Part shown: piece by piece, positions 20,819 through 29,049 of the stretch
Numbering within the stretch: position 1 is the first letter of the stretch
How the letters are laid out: every line of letters starts with the position of its first letter
Source: a virus
DNA: 64,000 bases
Direction: 5' to 3' (one strand)
IMG/VR virus record: IMGVR_UViG_3300031521_000015
The notes under the pieces: model-generated
Seen by the model: only the letters and a program-made list of their open reading frames with translations
Told to the model about the DNA's origin: nothing
Database searches by the model: none
Translations under genes and position numbers: made by a program

Positions 20819-21076
20819 TGCTTCTCCTTAGGATGATTATGTGGTTAATATAATATTATAACATATATTTTTGATAAACACCACAGAACCATTCATTTTT
20901 ATAAAATCGAAAAAGTTATTCTACTTGCAACTCTGCTTTTGAATGCCATTTAAATTCAATTGTATTAAAGGTAAAAGAAAGTCTAAAAATATTGGCGTAA
21001 TAGAATTAGAATTAATGATAATACTTTCATATTTATACTGGCCACAACATTAAGAATTAGGATTTTTGTTTTAAAT

Positions 21077-21104
21077 TCGATACATAACTAAGATTATCAG
21101 TCCA
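21077..21104. other. dif/res-like tyrosine recombinase core site overlapping the recombinase promoter
   Basis: TCGATACATAA-CTAAGA-TTATCAGTCCA (11-6-11, ATAA-N6-TTAT); extended -10 TGGTATAAT at 21110-21118. Confidence 0.55.
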
Positions 21105-21138
21105 AAACATGGTATAATAGTTATGGAGGTATATAAAG

Positions 21139-21963
21139 ATGAATAATTTACAAATGTTTAGAGAATACTTGGCCAAGCAAGAAAAAAGTAATAAGACTAT
21201 TGAGGCCTATATGAGAGATATAAATCAATTCATGGCCTATGCAAAAGAAAATAAGATATTAGAATTTCACAATGATACAATGAAGGCCTACAAAGAATAT
21301 TTATTATATGAAAGATTCTTATCTCCTACTTCGGCCAATAGAAAACTTGTGGCCATACATCAATTCTTTGCTTTTATTGAAGTGTCGGCCACAACTACAA
21401 AAGTAAAAATACAATCACAGAATTTCTTAGAGAATGTAATTAATAAGGCTGATATAGAAAATATAATTGATATTGCTAAGGCCAAGAAGGATTATAGAAC
21501 GTTGGCCATAGTAAAAACATTGGAATTGACTGGCCTAAGAATAAGTGAAATGCTACAACTTCAAATAAAAGACATACATAGTAATACAATACAAATTGTT
21601 GGCAAGGGAAATAAGATTAGATCTGTATTTATTCCCAAGGCCTTGAATGATGTTTGGTTAAATTATTGTAGATTGGGCCGAATGAATAAAGGTTGTGATT
21701 ACCTGTTTGTAGGAACTCGTGGCCATATGACTAGAAGTGGTGTAGATAAAGTTTTAAAGAAATATGGTAAGTTGGCCAATGTAAAAAAGGAGAAAAATCA
21801 TGCACATTCATTTCGCCATCAATATGCAAAACGGTTAATAGATTCTGGTTTGGCCATTGATATTGTAGCCGATTTATGTGGCCATGGTAGTATTGAAACA
21901 ACTCGGATTTATACCAGAAAGAGTAAAGAAGAATTATTAAATGTTATAGAAGATTTGGATTAG
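21139..21963 (+). CDS. Tyrosine recombinase (XerC/D-like), GGCC-rich
   Basis: Complete catalytic set: TGLRISE, GKGNK, HSFRH, LCGH, TTRIY. RBS GGAGG. Confidence 0.9.
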   Translation: MNNLQMFREYLAKQEKSNKTIEAYMRDINQFMAYAKENKILEFHNDTMKAYKEYLLYERFLSPTSANRKLVAIHQFFAFIEVSATTTKVKIQSQNFLENVINKADIENIIDIAKAKKDYRTLAIVKTLELTGLRISEMLQLQIKDIHSNTIQIVGKGNKIRSVFIPKALNDVWLNYCRLGRMNKGCDYLFVGTRGHMTRSGVDKVLKKYGKLANVKKEKNHAHSFRHQYAKRLIDSGLAIDIVADLCGHGSIETTRIYTRKSKEELLNVIEDLD

Positions 21964-21999
21964 GCCAAAGATATTAAAATTAAATATTAGATTATTTTT

Positions 22000-22031
22000 A
22001 GAGTTTGTATGAATTGTACAAGCTCTTTTTT
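22000..22031 (+). terminator. Terminator after recombinase 1
   Basis: AGAGTTTGTA...TACAAGCTCT followed by a T tract. Confidence 0.65.
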
Positions 22032-22074
22032 GTTGCGTGGAATTATAAAAATTGAATTAGAAAGGAATGGGGAT

Positions 22075-22611
22075 ATGGGCAAATATTCAAGTAAAAAAGT
22101 TGATGATCCTAAATGGGGAATTTTCGACAGCACAACAGAATGGAAATATTGGAATGAACTATTAAAGCAACAAGAGAAAGGAGAGATAAACAATTTAGAT
22201 AGACAAAAACCTTTCTTATTAGTGCCAGCCTTTAAAGATTCCCACTACGAAAATAAAGGAATTCGTAAAATGGAATATATTTCTGATATGAGCTTTATTA
22301 GAGATGGTCAACTAGTCGTTGTTGATGTAAAAGGTAGTCTTTATAATATTACAAATGAAAGTAAGTGCAAGATAAAGATGTTTAAATACTTAAATCAAGA
22401 TACACGTTTTGAATTAATTGTTACATATGATAGCAGATGGTTTAACTTAGAAGATAAAATAGAAAAGAAACAGTACACTGAATTAGTTAAACAAAAGAAA
22501 AGTGAAAAGAAAGCTAGGAAAGAAGTTAGGGACAAATTAAAAGCTGAGAAAGATAAGAATGTTAGTAAAAAAAAAGACAAAATAAAACAATTAAGAAAGG
22601 ACTTGATATAA
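22075..22611 (+). CDS. DUF1064-family protein (PD-(D/E)xK-like nuclease fold)
   Basis: KYSSKK...FDS..E..Y..L...GEI.NL.RQ.PF.L...YISD...VVDVKG. Start reassigned to ATG 22075 on RBS grounds. Confidence 0.75.
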   Translation: MGKYSSKKVDDPKWGIFDSTTEWKYWNELLKQQEKGEINNLDRQKPFLLVPAFKDSHYENKGIRKMEYISDMSFIRDGQLVVVDVKGSLYNITNESKCKIKMFKYLNQDTRFELIVTYDSRWFNLEDKIEKKQYTELVKQKKSEKKARKEVRDKLKAEKDKNVSKKKDKIKQLRKDLI

Positions 22612-22612
22612 T

Positions 22613-23581
22613 ATGGCAAAAGAAAAAAGAAAACATGTTCAATATACAACTCCAAAATTGATAGAACAAATAAATCCACAAAATAAAGAACTTTGGAGGA
22701 AATATCTTAATGGGAAAAGACAGTTAGCTGAGTCCTCTAAGAATTCATATACTTCAGATATAAACCAATTCTTTGTTTTTATATTAAAAAATTATGATAA
22801 TAAATACATATTTGATTTTGAAACTGAGGAAATGGCAGATGTTGTTGAAGATTTTCTTGCACTATGTCAAAGCGTATTTGAAAATAAAGATAGACGTATG
22901 CAACGTAGACTGTCTAGTATCTCATCATTATATCTATATTATAAAAAGAAAAGAAAAATCAAAGAAAATGTAGTAGATTTATTAGAAAGACCTAAAGCTC
23001 AAAAAGGAGTTTATGAAATAAAAAGAGTATTTCTAACACAAGAACAAGTAGAAACGATAAGAGAAGGATTAAAAGAAAGAAATAATACTCAATTAACATT
23101 AGTATTTGAATTAGGGTTATTTACTATGGCTAGAGTTAATGCTATATCTACTATTAGATTAGACCAGATTGACTTAGAAAATAGGGTTATAAGAGATGTA
23201 ATCGAAAAAGAAGGATATTCTATTACGTTCAATCTCAATGATAGATGTATAGAATTAATTAAACAATGGTTGAATGAAAGAAAAGAAAAAGGAATTGAAT
23301 GTGAGCATTTATTTGTTACTAATTATAATGGGTGGAGACAAGCTTCAGTTGGACAATTTAAAAGTACATGGATAAAACAAATAGGGGCTATTATCAATGA
23401 ACCTGAATTATCCATGCATGATTTAAGACATAGTGGCAGTGACCTTAGATATAAAGCAGGTATGAGTCTAGAAGCAGTCTCGAAGGCGTTATCCCATAGA
23501 TCAACGGGTGTAACAAAAGATTTTTATTTGCAAGAAGATACCGAATCTTTAAAACAAGAAATGCTAAAGTTTGATATTTAA
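22613..23581 (+). CDS. Second tyrosine recombinase/integrase
   Basis: MARVNAI (R), EKEG (K), HDLRH, LSH, FY catalytic motifs. Confidence 0.85.
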   Translation: MAKEKRKHVQYTTPKLIEQINPQNKELWRKYLNGKRQLAESSKNSYTSDINQFFVFILKNYDNKYIFDFETEEMADVVEDFLALCQSVFENKDRRMQRRLSSISSLYLYYKKKRKIKENVVDLLERPKAQKGVYEIKRVFLTQEQVETIREGLKERNNTQLTLVFELGLFTMARVNAISTIRLDQIDLENRVIRDVIEKEGYSITFNLNDRCIELIKQWLNERKEKGIECEHLFVTNYNGWRQASVGQFKSTWIKQIGAIINEPELSMHDLRHSGSDLRYKAGMSLEAVSKALSHRSTGVTKDFYLQEDTESLKQEMLKFDI

Positions 23582-23919
23582 CTCCTTTTAAAACCACTCT
23601 TTTAAATGATTACAATAGCAAAAATAAAAAACAAATAGCAATAAAACCTAACCTCATCGAAACTATTAAAATCCACAAGATTAGGTTTTATCAGTATCTA
23701 TTATCTATCAATTTAAAATATAAAAGGTTAAAATATTGTAGAATCAATTACCAAAGAACAACACTCTAAATCAATAATCAATTCTACTCTGTTATAATAA
23801 CCAAAATTAAAAATAATTATACTCTTTATATAAATCAATATATTATAATTCACTAATCTTAAAGAAAAGGAATGTGTTAACAATGAATAAATAAATTAAA
23901 ATTTTGAGGAGGAATATAT

Positions 23920-24288
23920 ATGGACGAAAATAATTACATAGACAAACAATTATCAGACCATGAAGCAAGACTAAGAAGACTTGAGGAAAGTGATGTTGAA
24001 CAAAGGTTAGAATTAGCTGGGATTTCACGCTCTCAAGCAGAAATTAAACTATTAATGGCAGAACAGTCAAAAGATCAAATGAAGCAGTCTGAAAAACAAC
24101 AAAATACATTAAATAACTTTACCAAAGAAATGTTTGATTACTTTAAGGCAAAAGAATCTCAAGAAGAAAGAATAAAAACTGAAAGTAATAAAATAAATAA
24201 TGAAATGAAATTTTATAATACTAAACAATTTTGGGTTATAGCATCTATGATTGTTGGTGGAATTTTAACATATCTTGGATTAAAATAA
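23920..24288 (+). CDS. XhlA/holin-like membrane protein
   Basis: DHEARLRRLE coiled coil plus C-terminal transmembrane segment FWVIASMIVGGILTYLGL; RBS GAGGAGG. Confidence 0.6.
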   Translation: MDENNYIDKQLSDHEARLRRLEESDVEQRLELAGISRSQAEIKLLMAEQSKDQMKQSEKQQNTLNNFTKEMFDYFKAKESQEERIKTESNKINNEMKFYNTKQFWVIASMIVGGILTYLGLK

Positions 24289-24353
24289 AAAGAGACTACT
24301 TTCTCAAGTAATCTCACCTTTAGGACATATAATAACAAACAAAATATATCCAT
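24285..24353 (-). ncRNA. Candidate small RNA 1
   Basis: TTGACT-16 nt-TATAAT with TG extension (24360-24387); 5' hairpin GGATATAT/ATATGTCC; terminator GAGATTACT/AGTAGTCTC plus U tract. Confidence 0.45.
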
Positions 24354-24417
24354 AAAACAATTATATCACTATTTCAATCAAAGTCAATACACATTTAAAA
24401 ATAAATTAAAGTTCAAA

Positions 24418-24494
24418 TAAAAAGAAGCAACTTAAATTTATAAGCCACTTCTTTTTATAGTAATATCGCTTGAAAATACCACTAAATTAGTTCC
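24418..24494 (-). ncRNA. Candidate small RNA 2
   Basis: TTGCTT-17 nt-TATTAT (24501-24529); 5' hairpin TAGTGGTATT/GATATTACTA; terminator AGAAGTGGCTTA/TAAGTTGCTTCT plus U tract. Confidence 0.45.
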
Positions 24495-24560
24495 AATCTA
24501 ATAATAACATACGAAAATCGGATAAGCAACATGTCGTTATGAGGTAAATAATTACAATTT

Positions 24561-24638
24561 TAAGGGAGTCTAAATATAATTTAAATATTTTTTGCATTAA
24601 TTTGCAATTAGTATCTAATCTATATTTAGACTCCCTTA
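24561..24638. repeat. Perfect 18-bp inverted repeat at the convergence of the two genome arms
   Basis: TAAGGGAGTCTAAATATA - 42 nt - TATATTTAGACTCCCTTA, followed by T7. Confidence 0.75.
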
Positions 24639-24720
24639 TTTTTTTCATTTTTTAGTTTTCCTAAAGCAATGGTTTATAATAATAGTATGACCTATGTATT
24701 GGATATTATTCATTATTATT

Positions 24721-24984
24721 TTAAATTTTAAATAGTATCCAATTACTACTTTCTATTATGAATTTTATTTCATATATTTTCACTATCCCATCAATATTGC
24801 TTTGACATGTAAATACTTTTGCATTGTTGCCACAAAGTCTTTCGAGCTTAGTATCTACAACTTTTTCTATTTTTATAGTTTGATATTCACCATTTTCATT
24901 TTTAATCCTAAACTTTAAAGGAGTTATCTTCCCTTCTTCAGTAAAGTAAGCTATTACTTCTATGTTTTTCGCTACAACCTTCAT
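24721..24984 (-). CDS. Small hypothetical protein under probable LexA control
   Basis: MKVVAKNIEVIAYF...ITPLKFR...YEIKF...WILFKI; SOS box in its promoter. Confidence 0.55.
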   Translation of the reverse strand: MKVVAKNIEVIAYFTEEGKITPLKFRIKNENGEYQTIKIEKVVDTKLERLCGNNAKVFTCQSNIDGIVKIYEIKFIIESSNWILFKI

Positions 24985-25019
24985 AAATTGCACTTCCTTA
25001 TTCAATATATAATAATAAC

Positions 25020-25048
25020 ATTATATCGAACATTTGTTTGTTTGTGAA
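25020..25048 (-). promoter_or_regulatory. SigA promoter with LexA/DinR box in the spacer
   Basis: TTCACA-17 nt-TATAAT on the minus strand; CGAACATTTGTTTG at 25027-25040 matches the Firmicute GAAC-N4-GTTY box. Confidence 0.7.
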
Positions 25049-25076
25049 GTGTAAATTATATAACATCATCTTTAAA

Positions 25077-25448
25077 TTAAATACCTGAATCCCTTAAAGC
25101 ACATTCCCAACAAGTTTCACAATTATATTCGTCACATTGGTATTGGTTAAAATCTACAAGTCCATATACACTAGGACATACTTCAGAACCTATAGTGTCT
25201 ATTATTTCTTGCATTGTTTTAGTTTTAGCTAATTTAGTTATGGTATAGTCGTTTATTGATATATTAGCACTTTTATATTTTTCTAATAGTTCAGATACTA
25301 ATTTACCAGATTGTTTATAAGCATATATTTCACCCAATTCCATGTTGTCAGCACACTCACTATAATATTTTTCAGCTCTTGTTTTAAATACGTCTATCTT
25401 GTGCAATAATTCAATTAGATCATTTATTATTTCATTATAATCAGCCAC
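25077..25448 (-). CDS. Hypothetical protein with Cys-rich C-terminus
   Basis: CPS.YGL...C...C..CW; co-directional, directly after DHFR. Confidence 0.5.
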   Translation of the reverse strand: MADYNEIINDLIELLHKIDVFKTRAEKYYSECADNMELGEIYAYKQSGKLVSELLEKYKSANISINDYTITKLAKTKTMQEIIDTIGSEVCPSVYGLVDFNQYQCDEYNCETCWECALRDSGI

Positions 25449-25454
25449 TTGTAT

Positions 25455-25928
25455 TTACTCCTTTCTCTTATAATTGTAAAAAGCAAATGTATTGTGCATT
25501 GTAGATAATCCATCTATCTCCCACTCATCTTTATTAAAATTAAAGAATGTATCAGCTTCAAATTCTCCAAATCCGATAGTTAAATAAATCTTATTGCAAT
25601 AAGGCAATAATTGGCTGTATATCTCTCCTCCACCTATAATGAACACTTCTTCATTTGAATCTCTATACTCTTCTAGAACCATATCAATATTCATATAGCA
25701 TATGTCTAATTCCTCATCTAGTCCCATTTTAGAACGACTTAACACTATATTTGTTCTATTAGGTAATGCACCATTCGGCAAACTTTCAAATGTTTTTCTG
25801 CCCATAATTACTTTGTGATTCGTAGTTAATTCTTTAAATCTTCTCATATCTTCTTTAACGTGAAACAATAATTCATTGTTATTTCCAATTCCACCGTTAA
25901 GATCAATAGCTACTATAATAGATAACAT
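25455..25928 (-). CDS. folA: Dihydrofolate reductase
   Basis: IIVA...IG.NNEL.F...DMRRFKELT...VIMGRKTFESLP..LPNRTNIVLS...FIIGGGEIY...ADTFF. Confidence 0.95.
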   Translation of the reverse strand: MLSIIVAIDLNGGIGNNNELLFHVKEDMRRFKELTTNHKVIMGRKTFESLPNGALPNRTNIVLSRSKMGLDEELDICYMNIDMVLEEYRDSNEEVFIIGGGEIYSQLLPYCNKIYLTIGFGEFEADTFFNFNKDEWEIDGLSTMHNTFAFYNYKRKE

Positions 25929-25929
25929 T

Positions 25930-28006
25930 CTATACACTCACTTTCATTTTAATAATTCCCATATTTTTATAATCTTCTAAAGCAATACCGTCTATGGTGA
26001 AGTCATAAAAATTAGTTATGTCAGGATTTAATTTTAGTTTAGGGGTTATAGAATAAATATCTTGTAATTTACTATATTCTTCGTGCGTTATATCTTTATA
26101 ATATTCATTATAAGTATCATAATTATATACACAACTTTGTAACCTCTCATATCTTTCTAATTGTTCTCTCATGCCTTCAATTTGATTTTCATAGATATGA
26201 GCATTATTTATAATATGAGTAAGTTGCCCTACTTGTAATCCAGTAGCTTGTGCAATCATATGAGTTAAAACTGCATATTGCGTTGTATTAAAGGGAACGC
26301 CCAATGGAATGTCTCCTGACTCTATTTTCAATAAGGTTCGTTAAACCTTACCCGTTTCAACTCCATTAATTGAAACTGCTATATATTACTATATAGAAAA
26401 GACTATATCACAATCCTATTAGTATTTCAGATAGGATTCCCTGCTTTTCCCGTCACCTTGCATTATGCAACCTCCAATAACTTGAGGGGTACTCTACTCG
26501 CTTCTATTTAATAACCTTTTATATTTATCAAACATGCTTTCGATAGTCGTTAGACATTTAATTATTATTTGTGTTTTTATATGTAATAATAATTAGGAAA
26601 GTTTTTTGATTTTATTCTATTTAATATTGTTGTAGGTGTCACCCCTAGTTGTCTAGAAGCTTCGGTTAGACTTTCGTATTCATCTTCTTCTATTTTTACT
26701 TTTTTCATGTTAGGAGGTTTCTTTCCTAATTGTTTTTCTCTAATTTTATTTTTCGATTCCTCAGAGTGATGTTTCCCATAAAAACTATTTAATTCTCCAA
26801 TTTTTAATTTTGCTTTATCAGATAAGTTATTTTTAATTTCGACAGCCTTTTCTTCTCCAAAGAACTCATAATAAGTTTTTCCTTTTATGTCTCGATAAGC
26901 ACCTGTGTTTTTTTGAGAAATTTTATTTTTCGATTTTTCAGAATGATGTCTGCCATACATTCCATTATCTTCTCCTTTTCTTCCGTATGTATTGCTTAGT
27001 TCTTCTTTTGACATTTTAGACATATTTTCTTTTCTAGTTTCTAATCCTTTTTCTATAATTAGTTTCTTATTGGGATGATACGATAACAAATCACCACCAT
27101 CTTTAGCCTTTTTAGATATGTTATATAACATATCTTTATAATTATCTATATAATATTGTTCAATTTCTATACTTTCAATTTCTGTATTACAAATTTTATA
27201 GATTTCAAATTCAAAATTATTTTCACCATATTTATTCCACGCTCTTTGCAAGTGCTTATTATGATGTTTATTTTTTCTTAGTGCTGACTTATGAGAATTA
27301 AATCTTTGATTTATATTAACTGAATGACCTACATAAAATTTATTATTAAGTAAATTTTTTATAAAATACGTTCCTATCATTATTTATTCACCTCCTTTTT
27401 ATTTTAATAACACAAATAATAATATTTAGTACGGGATTGTCTTATAAATATAAGAGTTTCCCCGTTTAACAGGGTTTTCGATAGGTATTACTACCTAAAG
27501 ACGCTCTTTTACAAACGTTGTATAAGCATACAATTCAGTTTACCATCTGTCACATCCCAAATAGTTTGATAACAACAAGGTTGTAATTGCATTTCTGGTA
27601 AATCTTCAATATTCCATAAAGAAATAATCATTCTTCTATCTTGTGGATTAGTTTTTAAAGTTTCAATAAGTTTATCAAGTTGTTTATATTTTGCTATTTG
27701 ATACCCATAAGCTTTTCCTATAGTATTATTCTTATCAACCCATTCATCCCAAATATGAACATTTTGATTTTGTAATAATGTAACATCATTTGACTGTTGT
27801 TGCCATATCCATAACATTTCTTTTGTAGCTGTTTTAAAAGCCACCTGTTTAGTTTTTAATATAGGAAACTCCTTTTGTAAATCCACTTGTATTATTTGAT
27901 GTGGTAGTTTATATGTTGGCATACCTGTTCTATTATTATCGTAGTATCCATATTCTATTATATTTTTAACTATATTCATATATTGAACTTCATAATTACT
28001 TATCAT
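25930..28006 (-). CDS. thyA: Thymidylate synthase split by a group I intron (exon 1 28006-27515, exon 2 26319-25930)
   Basis: Joining gives ...LQPCC...LIQR|[11 protein letters not shown]...NAHIYENQ; both exon lengths are multiples of 3. Confidence 0.93.
26320..27514 (-). mobile_element. Group I intron in thyA
   Basis: 5' exon ends in U, pairing with IGS GAGCGU; intron ends in G. Core motifs include AAACGGGGAAA, AAUCCCGUAC, AACGACUA and GAUAUAGUC. Confidence 0.9.
26577..27380 (-). CDS. Intron-encoded GIY-YIG homing endonuclease with NUMOD3 repeats
   Basis: GTY...FYVGHS..I.QR...H...LQRAWNKYG...E...YN; YG(R/K)HHSE.SK.KI repeats; C-terminal HTH. Confidence 0.9.
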   Translation of the reverse strand: MIGTYFIKNLLNNKFYVGHSVNINQRFNSHKSALRKNKHHNKHLQRAWNKYGENNFEFEIYKICNTEIESIEIEQYYIDNYKDMLYNISKKAKDGGDLLSYHPNKKLIIEKGLETRKENMSKMSKEELSNTYGRKGEDNGMYGRHHSEKSKNKISQKNTGAYRDIKGKTYYEFFGEEKAVEIKNNLSDKAKLKIGELNSFYGKHHSEESKNKIREKQLGKKPPNMKKVKIEEDEYESLTEASRQLGVTPTTILNRIKSKNFPNYYYI

Positions 28007-28052
28007 ATTCTTTCATTCTCCATTCTTATTATTACTTTATATATTAATTTGT

Positions 28053-28340
28053 TTATAACCTTGTTAAACTAATATTATCAAAAGCTTCTAAATATGCGTC
28101 TACATCAGTTAAATATTTGTCTTCATATTCTTCTAGCATACTTAGATCACCTTCTTCTTGTGAACTTTCTTCATATTTTTGTTCAATACTATTATGTAAT
28201 AATATATTGTCATTTCTCAACATATAATTCTCAGCCTTAACTTCTGATAATTCCTGTGTAAGCCTGTCAATTTCAGCCATTAAGTCCATTATTGTTGGGT
28301 TTTGATATTCTACTTCAATTTGTTTACATGAATTATTCAT
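28053..28340 (-). CDS. Hypothetical acidic coiled-coil protein
   Basis: ORF with RBS AGGGGA. Confidence 0.5.
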   Translation of the reverse strand: MNNSCKQIEVEYQNPTIMDLMAEIDRLTQELSEVKAENYMLRNDNILLHNSIEQKYEESSQEEGDLSMLEEYEDKYLTDVDAYLEAFDNISLTRL

Positions 28341-28756
28341 TTTTAATATATCCCCTTTACCCTCATTATTTTTATTTGATTTATTAGCATTGCGAACTAA
28401 ATTTGTTTAGCTAACCATTCTAAATACTGTTTTAAATTGTCGGCATTTTCTCTATCAAGGACATTTTCATGTACCTAGAAATCAAGGAATCCTATTATTG
28501 TTGCTTTTTCTTTTATAATCGCCATAGCTTTTCCTGTATCCATTGCATCTTCCACCCTTTTATAATATATTAAGTACCCAATTATTTTTACTTATGCTAA
28601 GTAGTTTGTCATTAAAATAGTGATAGTTATAACCATTTATTAAGCATAATGTATACATTGTATTTATCCCTCCTATAATTCGTGATTTCTGCACAAAACG
28701 TACTATTTTATTTATTTAAAATTTAACTTTTATTTGGCTCTGTTATTTTACTATTG

Positions 28757-29032
28757 TTAAATATAATAGTAAGAACTTATTATTTCAGTTTCTTTTATAT
28801 TTAAATTATATCTTTTGTTTAGATATTCAGCGAATTCACTAACTTTTATATAATCAAAAAGTGTCTCAGAAAATTCATCTTTATAGTCATAAATCTCTTC
28901 TAATTTTTCCATTAAATCGTATAAGTCTTTTTCTTTGAATTCGTTTATATAAGGTAATAAATCAATTGAATCTAAATATTTAAATACCTTTTTAGTAGTC
29001 ATACCTACTTCATTCCATGAAATTCCACTCAT
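28757..29032 (-). CDS. Hypothetical protein
   Basis: ORF with RBS GAGGTG. Confidence 0.5.
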   Translation of the reverse strand: MSGISWNEVGMTTKKVFKYLDSIDLLPYINEFKEKDLYDLMEKLEEIYDYKDEFSETLFDYIKVSEFAEYLNKRYNLNIKETEIISSYYYI

Positions 29033-29049
29033 ATTTAATCACCTCTTTT

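Larger units (their letters stand above)
21040..21966. repeat. Cluster of 18 GGCC palindromes
   Basis: Sites start at 21040, 21171, 21204, 21234, 21285, 21333, 21351, 21387, 21480, 21504, 21532, 21639, 21676, 21721, 21774, 21852, 21880, 21963. Confidence 0.9.

Noticed and set aside
21139-21963. GGCC excess as a simple result of a GC-rich foreign gene
   Set aside because: The gene is otherwise AT-rich, with A/T-ending codons, and other GC palindromes (CCGG, GCGC, CGCG) are not enriched in it.
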